Shown here in pieces: positions 23,627 through 38,858 of a DNA stretch of 64,000 nucleotides. Positions within the stretch are counted from its first letter, which is position 1; every line of letters starts with the position of its first letter. This stretch comes from Phoronis australis (taxonomy: Eukaryota; Animalia; Phoronida): the NCBI GenBank assembly GCA_002633005.1, contig NMRA01000253.1, positions 135,251 to 199,250 of the forward strand, given 5' to 3'. A model generated the notes under the pieces. It had not been told where the DNA came from. It made no database searches and worked only from the letters and a program-made list of their open reading frames with translations. The position numbers were made by a program, and so were the translations under genes.

Positions 23627-26600
23627 TGCGACCGTGAGAAACAATACGACGCCGAATACAACCGGTAGAGGATATATTCCTCTGGATTTAGACTAGATGA
23701 AAAATTTTAGACATGGAAGCGACAGTTTGAGACTTATTGAGTCGCACTGTATGCGTAATAGATCAAGTCACCGCTTTTGACTTCAACGAATGCCTAGCAG
23801 ACATCGTTGAGAATTGAACTGAATTTGTTGTTTTGACAGTCTGGTCAAAGTTAAGCCTACTAAGCCCACAAATGCGTTTTTCGCCCAAAAACCGATTGCA
23901 CATGCCTTGGACTCTACATCTTGAACTTTTCTGTCAAATTCTTCCTTTCATTTCCCCTCGTTTTCTTTTATTCTGTTCCTCTGCCATCAAATGTATGATT
24001 CAAAGATCAAGAAATATTCTATTCAATCATAACCTTGTTGTTGTTTCTACCTTCTCAATGAAGATTGACGATCTCTTGAAGACCATAAGCATCTGTTCAG
24101 AGACAAGGAAAAGCACTCAATCAACTCTCTAACATTAGAAACGCACAAGGTCGTTCAACCATAAATGTTTAATCAATCGCGAGACATTACGAAAACAGAG
24201 CCGGGAAGTTTCATTATTAATTACAGTTGAGCCCTCAAGCCAGCATTTGCAATTTGGCAATTTTGGGAGGCCATTTTGTTGATGTACCACCATAATTTCG
24301 AAAAATAATTTGACAATTCTGTGTCTACGTTGGCTCTGATAAAATTGATTGCGTATTGAAATGTCGTTTCCAGGAAATATGTTTTCACTGGAGTATGGTT
24401 CGTGATCAATTTTTACGAAGCTTTTAAATGAAAAAGTCCAAAGAGACTCTTTAAGTCTTAGTGGAGTGACCTAATGACCCAGCTATTGCCAGCTCAAAAT
24501 ATCATAGGTCACGTGGGCCTCATCTCTTCCAAGTTAAACAATTAACAAGAGGTTTTATCAGATACTCCACACGGGTTTACGTCTACAACATTCCTCTTCT
24601 TAGGGAAACGTGTGCAACACTGACGGCTAAATGAAACTAAAGTTTGACCAGATATACATTCGCGATAACCTTGAACCGGTAGGTATAATATCATTTTTCT
24701 CTTATTGGTCATGTTCCCTAAAACTAGCCATCAGTATGAGATTAAAATAATGGTCATTCAGTTGAGTTCCTCGTCAAAATTGCAACAGCTTTCATAAAAA
24801 TAGTGTTGATAACATTCCACCCTGTGCGTGCGTACACCATATAAAAAATTGTCGTCTGCTTTCGTTGAAATTGGGAAGGTGACATGCTGTGCATCGATAC
24901 CCATCAAATCACAGCTTCGTTGGAAAACACGCCGTTTCAGGATTTCTTCTCCGGTTCAGTGAAGTGTAACGACTCCACATTTTTGTAATGTTTATAACGA
25001 AATCTTCAGAATGCAATGAATATACATAACCCAGAAAGCGCTAAGAGGCATTAGATCTGGGTAAAAAAATACAAAAGAAGTCTATATACAATGATTATAT
25101 ACGAATACATCAATAAAAAACTGATGTTAAGAATACAATGATATATGACAACGAATGAAAATAATTCATTTTCATTCAGATGTATAAAATTCTATCCACT
25201 CACACAAAGAGATTTAATGTTATAAAGAAATTCTGATACTATTTCAAATAAAACCTTATTTTCTTTGAGTTAAGTTCTTGACATCCATACATGTATAGAA
25301 AGAAATTAATTTTGTTGTACAATTGCGGAATTTCAGAATATTTTTATAAACATTGGGGTATTGTTCGAGTGCCTGGAAGAGCTGTACCCTCTCCTCCTTG
25401 CATACTTCACAAGCAAAGAAAACATGAGGATATGTCTGGGTATCTCCACAGGAACACAGTCAAATGGTATTTTAATGCTAATATACGTGTACGTACGTTA
25501 ATCTTCAGCTGTCGACCAACATATACATTTCTATACATGTTTCCTAAAATAAGGTGGTTATCCATAAATTCTTGTAACCTTAAAATATCTCTAGAGGTCG
25601 GATCCATTGTGTTTATAAACGCGTTTAGACACATGCGGCTACATGCGAAACAAACTTTTAAGTTCGTTTGCGCACGCACCAAGTTCAATCCGTATGATTA
25701 TTTTACTAATTTAAATCTAAGAATGTACAGGGAGTTCGAATTAAGTAGTTCTAAAACGGTATGCTTTCAATAAAATCCTATTTCTAACTGTTTTATGTTG
25801 AATAATATAAATACAGTATATATCGGATGCCATTTACAGATAAAGTAATATATACACTAAGCGGCGCCTCAAGTGAAATCAATTTACCTCACCGGTATAG
25901 TCCAGGAACCATACCCATCGACATTAAGTCTCGGTTAATCTTTCAGTTTTTAACATTTTTGGGAATTTTGTATTTCTACATCAAAATATCCTGACTTCTG
26001 AATTCATGTCATTGAAAGGAAGATTTTCCAGGAATTATGAATTTTAGATAAAATGCATGACCATCACTAATGAATCAATGTTGACAGGAAGGGAAATGAA
26101 GTTTGTGCATGCTTTCACTAATTAAATCTTAACTTGAAACAATTTTGGTTTGCTAAACCGAAGTGAAGACCTTTTATATCATTCAAATACTTTAAATAAT
26201 AAATATACATGTATTATCATAACGGCCGTTATAATAAGGTTATTACAACACCTATCTCTTATATTATTCTGATAAACCCTGCTCACTATGTTACTTCATA
26301 ACAATATTCGATCCGTTTAAATCCGAGTCCGTCCATGTCCCTAAAACAACAATGGACAATTAAGAACAACGTTTATTGACCCCGGCCGTTATCATACCAG
26401 CTGCACTCTCCACTATTGGCGCATAATACGTAAGAATAAATAACGATGATAACCAAGCCTCTCTTCAAATATAGATCGATAAAGATTACTCGAGTATCTT
26501 GCACATTCTCGTTTAGTCACGTGACTGCGTGTTCCAGTTATTCTTCATATCTACAAAGCATAAATTCAGTCACAGTAACGGTCTTGTCCAAGTCCATATT

Positions 26601-29600
26601 CATCTGACCTGGTTTTATGTGCAAACGGCCACCTGCTGTGAAGAGAAAGTTTGCCCAGAACTTGAGATTAAGACTGATGAAGTTGAACAGATTATAGGTA
26701 AATACGAGAAAGGTTTAATGTTCTTGATACTTCGAGATTTTGCTACTTGCTACGAACTACACCCTTACTACTTGTTGTGACTAAATTAGAGCACATTTTT
26801 CAGTTCTTCAACGTTTTGACATCTCTTTTTCGTGGTGGACCACTCCCAATCAGTCATGTATATTTAAACCTGTTTGTTCTAAGTTGATCGAATTGATCCT
26901 GGTCAGAAATTAGCCCTTGTTTCATGACTGTGAGCTCGCTATTTAGAAAAAATCTTTTGCAAACCTAGAACCAATATACACAACACCATGTACGTGCCGT
27001 TAATAAAAATGTTTTACTAATGAAGGCTTGGATGACTACGACGACCAAGGTGAAAACTGAGTCTAACTGCACTTACGTTTCGGAATATTGTCGAAGCTGT
27101 TTTCAATTCCCGGATGTGTATGTGTTTTAAGAAGCAGGATGCCCCACCAGCCTGAATAATATGGATCGTTTCCTGGACTCCAGAAAATCGCAAAAACAAA
27201 CGTGCTATTTCACAGGTTTTCGCGTGGTGTAGCCATAAAGTAGAAGCAAAATAAGAGATTACACTAGCTTTTTATGAAAGTGCCATGCGTCTTTCGGGAC
27301 AGCCCTGCTTTTACGCTAAATAAGATCTCAATTTTCAGTTGGAGACAATGTACATTTGTGTGATGTGTTTGTTTGTTTTTAAAACAGACTGCGTACAGTT
27401 TGAGCTCCGCCACGCACCTGCTAGTGTGAGATGTTCCCACAGTGGAACAGAAACAGTGAATTCTAAATTCCCTATTCTATCCCGTCCGTCCTTTCAACCG
27501 AACCAACTAGTAAATTTAGTGGCTGCAGTTTTGGTAGGTTACGCTATCATTCTTGGCTTTTCACCGACTCTCGTCAGTTTTGTGGTCTTGAGTGGCCTCG
27601 ATTTTATGGCAAGAAATTCGGTTTGCGTAGCGCCACCTAGCTTCCACGCGGAAAAAAACCTCGTTATTGTAAATGGCCAAGCAGCTGCGCTCACTCCTAG
27701 TGGAACACACTGGATTTTTTTGATATTTCGTGCCATTCTTTCATCAAAATTGTCGTTTAAAATTTATTTGTTATACTTTAGTCTGTCTAATGAATGTATG
27801 TCTTTCTTAGTATGACGTACTGAGCTCATGAGCTACAATGTACTGTATTATTCCGTGGACCGTTGTTAAATAAATAAGTCAATGGGTCTTCGTTGTCTGG
27901 CCTGTGATAAAGGACCATTAGTGCCCCCCCTCCATTGGAATGAAACCCTCTAGTATGGCTTCGACAGGCTCAGTCGTGCATCAGATCAACAGCTGCCGAC
28001 TACACAATACGGATTTATGGGCCACGTTCGAAATTTTCGTACACGTCTCGCGAACACACTTGCAGGGGATAAAAAATAAAGCCTACTCCACACACATGTC
28101 CACTTGTCTTGTTGAATTATTGTCGCGAACTACTAGAGGTAATTAACATATCACTCTCGAAGATCTCTCGACTCCTGATACTTTTGTTTTTCCCTGAGGA
28201 GTTGCCATGGACTTACGGAGAATGCAAATTGTATTGTTACGACAACACTTCCATGCGATAGTCGACAATTCGGTACTAAAGGTTTCAGTTGTCTCGTCGG
28301 GTGCATCGTTTGAAAAACCTAGCCTTGGGTAGCGAAAGCCGGTCATTGTGACTGTTTGGAATAGTAAATATTCAAGGCGCATCACAAAGTCAAGTGCAAA
28401 GTTAAGCGAAGTAGGTCTACGGACTCGGTGAGGAGAAGTTTGTAGGATCATCGGTGTACATGTACATGCCCATCTGTTGCTTTTCCATTTAAACCTTTTC
28501 AGAACATCGACTAAACATATGACCGAACGATAAATGAAGGTTTCCGGTGTACCCTGGATTCAGTGTCTGGCGATCTGACTTTAGTTGAATAGAGCATCTG
28601 CCAAAATTATGTACATGTAGTCACTGAATGTCTTGCCTTACGTCGGCATTCAAGTACCTATTGGGATGAGCTTCGTAGACGAAAGTCACTTTGACGCGAG
28701 ACAAGCTAGTGTGCTCACGTGCTTTGCCGGTAACGTACGGCGAAGACTTGCGTAATTACTCTTTTTCGAGAGAAACTTGACACTAATTAAGAAGACGAAC
28801 GTACATATCTCAGCGCTTTCGAATTTTTTTTGCCTGCTCACTGATTTGCAATTACATAGAAACCAAGAGCACAAAGTTGTGTTTACTTATTTTGACACTG
28901 TGATCAAAATCTCGGATTGATTTCGTCATCTTGTTTAAAAAAAAGTGTAAACCTTACTGCACAAAGAGATCATCAAGATAAGAATTCTTTTTGCATACGC
29001 TATAAACGGTGTCGCTAGGTAATATTCAACAACATGAATGATTCGTGAACATTCGTGCATTATTAAACACAGTTTTGATATTGGTAGAAAATAGTTTGTT
29101 TAATGAACAACTAACACTAGCGGGTTAGAGTTACAAGTGACGCGTTGGAAGGATAATTTCAGTAAAATTTTGCGTTTTCACTGAAACAAGATCTTGTTAA
29201 CTGAACTAGCGCCACCTTCTGCAAATCCGAGCATCATGCGCTAGACTTCTAGTGAGGAATTTTCGCGTATGGAACAGAAACCGCTACTACAATTCCATAA
29301 ATTAACCTTTCAGTCTCATTGCTTCATCTCTCTGGGGACCGTCAACTATTCTGCCAGCCTACGAGTAAGCTCCCTAACACACTCGCGAAACAATCGCCTT
29401 TCTCGAATGATATTGAGTTTTGTATTGCACTTTTAATTACACGATGATGTCTTCTCGGAAACGCGGACACTTGTGCGGCATAATATGCACTTTCTCTGCG
29501 TATATACTCAGTGGTGTTCGCTCACAGTACTTGCACAGCATGAATACAAAACCTTATCCTACATTTGATATGCAATATCCTGGTGTGATTCATGTTACAT

Positions 29601-32600
29601 GATTGATAGAAACTGAAGAAACTCTTTGGAATATCATTTCATTCTTACTTTCTTTTACTGCATAGATTAGAATAACCCATCCCCTTGTAGAATAATGACA
29701 ATTACAATGACGATGACGATGGTGATGATTACGAAACAAGCAAGCTGTCTTTTATTGTATCTCCTACAACCTATAGCAAATGTGAAAGTCAAGACCTGCA
29801 GTGTATAAGTGTAGTCAGCTCAAGTGACTTTCCAAACAAGGAAGTCAATATTTAACCATGAACTTTAATTGTATTTTCCGCTTACACGTGCTGGAGGCTG
29901 GAACGAGGCAAATCGGAGTCGCAGACATTACCAGTCACGCGTAATTTTAAGAGACGTTGGTACAAAACGAATAAAAAAAATTCGCTTTTGAACAAGCCAA
30001 CAGTGCAGAGTGTCGAGGAGTTCGCCGTTATCGATCTATGATTTAGCAGTCATCTCATACAAAAATTAACGAATTGTGTTATTAGGAGAATAATGAGAAT
30101 GGGATTTAGCGGTTAATCGCCACCCATCTGTTCTTTTATGAACTATTTTCCAGGCGCTTTTCGTGCTTTTTACAGTACCTAAGGAATTTCTATTCGACGT
30201 AGAGTGTCTTGCCACGTTGTTCGTCTGTGCACGTCATTTTACGACGTGTTATGTTGTCTAGAAAGAGTTCCACAGTCTATTCAAAACCTCAGTCTGAAAT
30301 GGTTACAGAGTACTTACGAAATATTTTTATTTTAACGCACTCAACTACATTGACTACTTAAAACAAGAAGATTTGATCAATTTTAGCATTCCAATTCCTT
30401 TAGTTTTAAAATGTCATATAGCCAGTCTCACGCCAGAATGAGTAACACGGATTTTTTTGTTCTAAAGACTGATTCAGTACTACGAAAGCAATATCTTTTC
30501 TTCCGTTTATGATATTTCTATTGTTATTCAGCTTTGAAGTTTTAAAAGATGATCGCTTCGTATGTTAACATAATGACGTTGTCGGTTGGAAATTCAGCAC
30601 AGGGAGCCGATATACTTGACTTGTAGCCGTCATGTCAAGTCGTATGATTTTGTAAAGAGATATTCAAAAGCCTGTTCATGTCATTCTTCCTAAATGTATC
30701 TCAATATCAATCTACTGAGGAGATATGCAAAGCATGACTTGTGTTAAAATCTTTTCACTGACTTCATGATAGACGAAAATTTCTAGACAGTAAAAATCAC
30801 CAAGGTTATCAGTAAGTATAGAAAGAGTCCCCACTTCCCACATCCCGGATTCAACTCTCCTCTATTTGAGGTACAAAGGTATAGTATGCTTGGTATAGTT
30901 TCCGATAGGGTCTCTAGCACATTTTTGAGTCGGACAAGGAAAAGACGACTAATCGCGATTCACTTGGCTTTACATGTTTATGTTTGCATTGCACCTCACT
31001 ATGTAACTGTTTACTGTATTTTATTGGCATATCAAAGACAAATGGCAGACGAATCTTAATGCAACATTATGATCAGCACTGCAACAGTTTGTACATGTAC
31101 ATGTATACCGAGGGGCGAGTGTCTTGCGGTTTCAAAGCACTGTGGGTAATTATCGCAGAATAAGAGAGGGCGCTGTCGTATTTCAGGAAGTGACTGCATT
31201 GGCAGTGTTTGCCAATTCCTTCCAAATTTTGTCTGCTGCATACTCACATTGTTAAACCTCGATCCTTTTTGATGGTAAAAATGCAGTTTTGACAACTGAA
31301 ATTTTGCACCCAATTTTCAGAAAACAGCTTGTGTCACGAATTGTCCATTTTGCTGGTAGGGAGGGAATTAATTTTATACAGTGGTAATGCGCAATCTGTT
31401 TCGCTATACAGGCACTATGGGGTCTGGCGGTCGCTTGACCTAGATATAGGAAATATGAAGCGTAGCAAAAATATTGCACAGACTCAACAATCATTTCTCA
31501 GTATATTTTTGACGGGGAACAACAAAACTTTTTCAAAAGTCGCACCATTCTTTGATTACGTATGAATTTCATTCTGGTCTACAGGACGTACATTGTACAT
31601 GTACATGTATGTATATATCCAAAACACAATATGCCGCATCAGTAATTTCATATAATAACTTGTGTTAGCCGCGCACCAATCACCCGCATCCACCCAATGA
31701 GGAGCTAATAGATATTGATTTCCCTTTAGAATAAGCAACGTCCTTAGAACAACGGGCACGAGACCGCCTTACATGTATGTATGTTTCACTTCGGCATCGA
31801 TTCTACAGCGCTGAGGAGACACCACGCATATAAACGAGAAACTTAGACAGCAGATTAGAAATTGGTTGGACAAATGACCGTTCATGTGCTATTTTGTAAG
31901 TTATTTACAAGTAACCGTGCATTATGAGACCGTATGAAGGCGGAGCAGTTTCTTGTATGGAGACGGGAATCTTCTGTTATGATTTCGCAGCTGCAATCAC
32001 GTGTGCTACGAACTTGTATGCAGTAGTATGGATGTGGATGATATATAAATAGGTTCATCATAATTTCAACGTCAAATCTTCATCGAAACCATATTTGTTT
32101 GGTCCAAACTGCTCCTGCTTTGCGCAGTGACGGTTGTGTTAATTTTTTTAGTGGACGAGGCACTCAGCAGTTTTAAGTTCATGTATCAAAAATGAACGAT
32201 AGTACCTCAATGCAAGGATCAGCGATAACGACGACGATGATGAAGATGATGTGTTGTTGTGGTGATAAACACCGCCAGCCTGACTCATGTTAGCGTCTCG
32301 AGATGCATCTACGAACAAGCAATCAAGGAATAGTCATTATGACAGACGTTTGCTCATCGTTCAGTTGTTTACTATTAGACGGTTCCTAAATATGTTAGCG
32401 CAGGCCTAATGTATAACTGTGTCCCTGTGGACGCTGTGAAACTTACTGCGTCAACAGCAAAACGGATGGATGCATATATTACGGCTAAAGCATTATTGTA
32501 CAAAAGTAGCGGGTCCTGAAGAGGACATAAATTCTGATCAGCGCGCGTGTCTGTATCCGGACAATCAGGTAGAAGACTCCTGATGTATTTCGAAATTTAA

Positions 32601-33180
32601 AATCGGATTCCCTTTCCTTCTTGAATGTGCTTTTTCATACATTTTCACTGGCTTTGATCTTAGAACAAGTCTGATAAATAGGAAGGAACACTGAGTAAAT
32701 GCATTTCCGTTTCTATTTACCATTTATTATGATATTTTTTCCTACTAAAGTTTCATTCAACAGTAACCATCTAGTTGTTGGTGGTCCACCAGAAATTATA
32801 CAGCTGAGTAACATTTCAAAGGAAACATATGGCTGCAAGATCCTGTGATTAATAAAACTATCGATTTTAAGGCTGCTTCACGCTCAAGCATATGTAGTGA
32901 ATAACACACGGACGAATACGAGCCGCAAAAAATGCAAATGAGCTCAATCGATAATCAGCTTTTTAGAGGAACGCCGCTCTTTAGAATACTCATGGACAGC
33001 ACGAAGATGAAATGTATTGCAGACACGAACCATGTATTGATTTCCATTTAAATGCATGTATGTGTTTGGTAATGATTCGCGACTAAATACCCTTATCGAA
33101 TAATTCTTTTACATTTCAGATTGGGTTAACATTGAACGTCGATATTTCGCGTTAGACAGTTAGCAGGCGTTACTACTGAG

Positions 33181-36100
33181 ATGGAAAATCACATTCACCA
33201 AGCCGCGTCGGCTTTAGCAGACGACAAGCTCGGAAAAGTTCTCACTGCTGGGGTAGCCACGATTATAACTCTTGTGTTTTCTTGGAAGTTCATCGTTGGA
33301 AAGCGCTTAAAACACAATTCTTTGTCGGACGATCTGTTGGAAGTAACTGAAAAGGTTGACGAAAACGACTACGCAGGCGCTGCTCGCTGGCAAAAACATG
33401 TAGACTGGGATGTGCAAGGCGACAGTTGCTTAAAATTGTTTGAAGACGAACGTGACAGTAATTACTGTTCTGACGATGAAAAATACAGTGGAATTACATC
33501 CGGGTATTCATCAACGTCCAAATTGTCGCCAAGTGAAGAGTTTGCTTCAGGCATTGTGTCGGAAACGACAAACGTACGCGGTGACAAGACACAAGAAGGC
33601 GAAATGAACAGTCAAATAGCCGAAAACGATACGAACATCGAGGACAAACATTTTTACATCGACAAAATTGACGGCAACGATGTCATAATAAACGGCATTG
33701 AGGAAACCATTTTGCTCCCGTTTCCATATGAGCCGACGTTTTCTGACTCTGAATGCGGGGCAGACGACGATGACATTGGTCGGAGTCTGGGCGTAATCGT
33801 GGAGGAGTCAGTGAGCGACGAGGACGCGAGTAACCATTGGTCTGAAAACACAAGTAGTCTTGAACAGAAAGAGACACTCGTGAGACAAGAGAAATTGAAG
33901 ACATTTCGTCACAATTTCGTTCAGTTTGGAGAGTACTACTCACGAAATGACCCCCCATTTTCGTGCATAGNGAAGAGTTTGCTTCAGGCATTGTGTCGGA
34001 AACGACAAACGTATGCGGTGACAAGACACAAGAAGGCGAAATGAACAGTCAAATAGCCGCAAACGATACGAACGTCGAGGACAAAAATTTTTACATCGAC
34101 AAAATTGACGGCAACGATGTCATAATAAACGGCATTGAGGAAACCATTCTGCTCCCGTTTCCATATGAGCCGACGTTTTCTGACTCTGAATGCGGGGCAG
34201 ACGACGATGACATTGGTCGGAGTCTGGGCGTAATCGTGGAGGAGTCAGTGAGCGACGAGGACGCGAGTAACCATTGGTCTGAAAACACAAGTAGTCTTGA
34301 ACAGAAAGAGACACTCGTGAGACAAGAGAAATTGAAGACATTTCGTCACAATTTCGTTCAGTTTGGAGAGTACTACTCACGAAATGACCCCCCATTTTCG
34401 TGCATAGTCGAGGAAGATGATGACGATGATGTTTTCTGTGAGGACTTTAGGCATTTCTCGTTAGATGTTAACAAAAATGATTCTAAGTTCGACGGCACCC
34501 AGTATCGAAACCTTGACGACAAGTTCCCGCGTAATGATCACACTAACGTCTCAAATAGCATACCTCACGAGTCAGAAATTGATTGCCATAGCAAAGCGAA
34601 CAATGGCAAGGAATTAACGTGGTGTCAACGTCCTATCCTTAATCAGTGTAGTTGTCATGGCAATAGAGAGTGTGACATGCGACAAAATCATGGCTTTTCG
34701 AATTCTTGCGAACAACTGCAAAGTTTCGCTTATCCAAAAGATACCACTACTCCAGTTCCCACCGATACTGGTGCCACCTGTAGTTGTGATGACGCAGAAG
34801 TTAAAGGCAAGCAAATGCAAAGTCATCCGGATTTTCCAGCGCTGGATTCGTATTATAAAACATGTCAAAATCTAAAAGACAAAAACAGTTGTGAAATAAA
34901 AATCGACTTGAGCGATCCCTGTTGCAAGGAACACGAACAAAAGTGTCTGACTACAGACCAATGTCAAGTTGACCCTGGAAATGACTCAATTACAGAAATT
35001 GTCACAGGTGACCCAAAACGCGATCTTGTGGGCGATTTAAAAGTTGATTCTAGTGGAAGTTCAGGTTTCATTAAAAGGAGATGCAACGATGTGGAAAGTA
35101 CGACGACCGAAAACGAGGTCACAGTTGAAAATAAATATAACCCGACACACGATAATGTTCACGATAATGCGGCAAGGTCGCTTAAAACAACACCTGCTCA
35201 GACGTCGCGAAGAGATAATATAAACGAGGACAGCCCTCATCCGGTGAATTATATCACGGGCTTCTGCAGTGAAAGAGAGGGGAGCAAGCTTAATTGGATT
35301 CTTCACAGGAATTTCGTAAACGAGAGTTTGAATAATGGAAAGGCAGAGACAGCGGAAGTAGGTACTGACCAAACCGCAGAAGACAGGCAAGTTGGGAGTG
35401 AAGCAAGTGACAAGGAAACTGAAGCACCCCGAGAGAGTGAGTCAATATCGTCTGAAGACTCATTCGACATGGATTTTCAACCACCGGTTTTCAGAAGGAT
35501 AGCTGGATTCCCTCGCACGATCAGTGGCGACATCCCCGAGCTAGCTGCGTCCTATGATGGCGGGTTCCAAAGGCTTGGAACAATCCCTCGAATTGCTAGC
35601 GGCCCCGTGGAGGAAATTAAACGTTCGTGCTACGCTAGAGATGAAACAGCAGCAAAACAGATTCCAGGAAAAGGTATGACATTTGCAGCCACAACTTTTG
35701 CACTTGTTGGTCACGAGAAGAAGCACGATTTCCAGACCGCCGCTCCTGCTGAACAACGCATTGCAGCCGGCAAGGAAATGGAAGACAAAGCGAGAGATTG
35801 TACACTGGCGCCTCCTGGAGACAAAGCTAAAACTAAAACTAACACACGTGGAGAAGAAGCATCTGCGCCTGTGAAAGATAAGAAGCGATCGTCCCTTTCC
35901 AAATTATTTGCTCTTTTTGGCAAGGGGGAGTCAAAAGCAAAACAAAAATTGTCATCCGAACGCTCGTTTACCCAGAGTATTAATGAAACAACGGCCAACC
36001 CTCCAGTCCTTAACAATCACCAGCCTGCAAACGCAAATCCCAGTCAAAATAACCATCGTCAGCTTCATCGCCTGGCGAGATCAAACGACCTAAGGCAAGA

Positions 36101-36846
36101 CCATGATAGATTTTTACTCATGGCAAATGGACATCGCTCCCAGACGCGTGCTTCTTCGAATGACAACATTTCTAATCGCAACGTGTCGACCAAGATACCT
36201 TACAACAATCACGAGGTCATGTGTCCTCCACTTGTCGACGCCTTTCCGTCCCAGAATTCCAAGCGTGACGCCCGAACTCGGCAACAAATTCATAATCAAA
36301 CAAGTGGAGTACTAAACAAATATTACGATACAAAATTAGACAGTATCACCGGTTCCTCAGATACGAGAAGATCTCTTGATCCCCGAAGCGCCAGGAATAT
36401 CGAGAATACACAGGTAGTTCTCGAAGATCTTGCAGTAAACCAGTCGGAAAACACGGCTCCATCTGTTGTGCCGAGAGAGCCGAGTTGGGAAAAATTGAAC
36501 AAAGCTCACTCCTTGAACAAAAACGAAAAGTTAGAGGCTTGTGATTCAGACTTCAAGTGCAATTACGTTGATAATAAACTTGGCTGTCAAGTTTATCATG
36601 AGCCAATAAATTCGAGAGTCGAAGGTGCGACTTCGCAGTCATCTACTTCGAGTACGTCATTGGATGACGGGTTGCGGGAAACTTCACGAGAACATTTGCG
36701 TAGTTGGCCTCAACAGAGTTTATCTGATGGTTGTGCGTTTAAAGAAGCGAGACAGCGACATGGACAAGTGGTAAAAAACAGTTACGGACTTTTGAAAGGA
36801 AGGAGTATTTCTGAAGGAAGAGTCAACGTTGAAGAGCCTAAACAGG
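33181..36846 (+). CDS. AJM1: AJM1-like gene, coding exon 1 (N-terminal hydrophobic helix plus long disordered region); contains a 437-bp assembly duplication
   Basis: Acceptor TTTACATTTCAG|33120, ATG at 33181, phase-1 donor CAGG|GTAAGG at 36846/36847. The ORFs 33181.. and 33963.. become one frame once the duplicate around N33971 is removed. Linkage to the AJM1 domain is inferred from matching splice phases. Confidence 0.65.
33535..34407. other. Haplotype-overlap assembly artefact (436 bp twice around N33971)
   Basis: 33535-33970 equals 33972-34407 with 5 substitutions, separated by a single N. The 437-nt offset breaks the frame. Confidence 0.85.
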
Positions 36847-37824
36847 GTAAGGCGTTATCTGTTTATTGTGCTTTTAAAATTGCAAGCTTGTGGATTTTAC
36901 CGTCCGTACCATCTGGCATTGTGTTGATTTATTTCAAAAATCGATTTTAAAGAAAATATTACGGTCCTTGTGCATGATTTCCCCGGATGTAATAATTAAA
37001 ATGAACAACAGCATTCTAGGAGCGAAGGTTTAAAAATCACCATAACTCATAATCTATTTCGCACTAATCAACAAATATTTGAAATCCATTATTTAGTCTA
37101 GAGAGAGGTGAGAGAGAAATAAATTGTTGCACCATATAAACCACTAGAACTACAGTATTGTGCGTCCAGAATATGCATATGCCGCTTATACATTGTAGTT
37201 GACCTCCTACAAAGTGAAAAATACGCATCATGTACATGTAAACAGTTATTAAATAGTGCCTATAACAGTAAAGACAACGGTATATTACGAATGGAAACAA
37301 TAAAATAAAATAAAAAGGGGACACTGTAATGCAAAAAAGAACAAAATAATTTGGGTATACATGTAATGAATGTACTCTCTTCCATAAAAATTGCACCTAA
37401 CTTACCAGGAAAGTGCACAGTTTAAACTCTACAAACGAGGTGAAAGAACTGTGACCGTCATTGGTAACTCATTGTGCAAAAGTCTGGGCTTCTTTGTGAA
37501 ATTGTGCACTGGTACCAAACGAGTCAATACATGTTGCTGTAAACTCATGAATATTAACGTGAGACGGCCGTGACCTCACGTGAACAAAAAGTATCTCACG
37601 GGAAACTCGTACCCGATTTAATTTGCATTAATCTTGGCTTAATTAGACGACCAGCATGCGGGTTGTTTATAAATTCTGTCTGTCTGCATTAAGCCACTAC
37701 CGTGACACCATGATCTCGAGGATTCTCTCGTCGTTCGCTAGAATGGAATGTGCCGTATTAAGGGTCACGGTATCAGCAAAAAAATGTCGCATGTGTCCAT
37801 TTTCCCGGCTATTTGTATTCTCTT

Positions 37825-38858
37825 TTGGTAGGGCCGTGTCCCGAAACCTCCTTTAGCGGGGACATAAACGTATGCTGACTGTAACGTCACTTAGAGGGTA
37901 CATTGTAAACATTGTAACTGCACTGTGGCATGTAAACACCGAGTTTGAGTGACTTCACTTGAGTTAGATGAATATCACACGGAACTAAAATTTTAGAACA
38001 TTTTTAGCAATTGTTCAGTTATTTTACACACAATATGGCCAACGAGTGAAATTCTATTTTGTTAAATATCTCCAAAAGTCAGTATTGTGGATAGTTTAGT
38101 GTATCTAGGCCTACACAGTGTAGATGTTATGAAGCAACAATAGTCGAAGCTCTCCTTACTAGAAGAACGGTAATTCAACATTGAAAAAATGAAAAAAACG
38201 ATCACCTTGGCACTTATTTTTAACCGAAATGAGTGGAGAATTACCGTACGTTAGTTGGCATGTTCTGGGGCCGGGTGATAGACAATTGTGCCGCGGTCGC
38301 TAGACACTANTTGGTAGGACCGTGTCCCGAAACCTCCTTTAGCGGGGACATACATGTACATGTATGCTGACTGTAATGTCACTTAGAAATGGGCAACAGA
38401 ATGTCCGTTTAAGGACTATAATATGGGAAGAAAACCCGACGGGAGGGTACATTGTAAAGATTGTAACTGCACTGTGGCATGTAAACACCGAGTTTGAGTG
38501 ACTTCACTTGAGTTAGATGAATATAACACGGAACTAAAATTTTAGAATATTTTTAGCAATTGTTCAGTTATTTTACACACAATATGGCCAACGAGTGAAA
38601 TTCTATTTTGTTAAATATCTCCAAAAGTCAGTATTGTGGATAGTTTAGTGTATCTAGGCCTACACAGTGTAGATGTTATGAAGCAACAATAGTCGAAGCT
38701 CTCCTTACTAGAAGAACGGTAATTCAACATTGAAAAAATGAAAAAAACGATCACCTTGGCACTTATTTTTAACCGAAATGAGTGGAGAATTACCGTACGT
38801 TAGTTGGCATGTTCTGGGGCCGGGTGATAGACAATTGTGCCGCGGTCGCTAGACACTA
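37825..38858. other. Haplotype-overlap assembly artefact around N38310
   Basis: 37825-38309 is repeated at 38311-38858. The second copy has a 57-bp and a 6-bp insertion plus a few SNPs. A single N sits at the junction. Confidence 0.85.

Noticed and set aside
33535-34407. Apparent 145-aa internal protein repeat or programmed frameshift
   Set aside because: The copies abut a single N, the offset is not a multiple of 3 and divergence is allele-like, so this is an assembly overlap.
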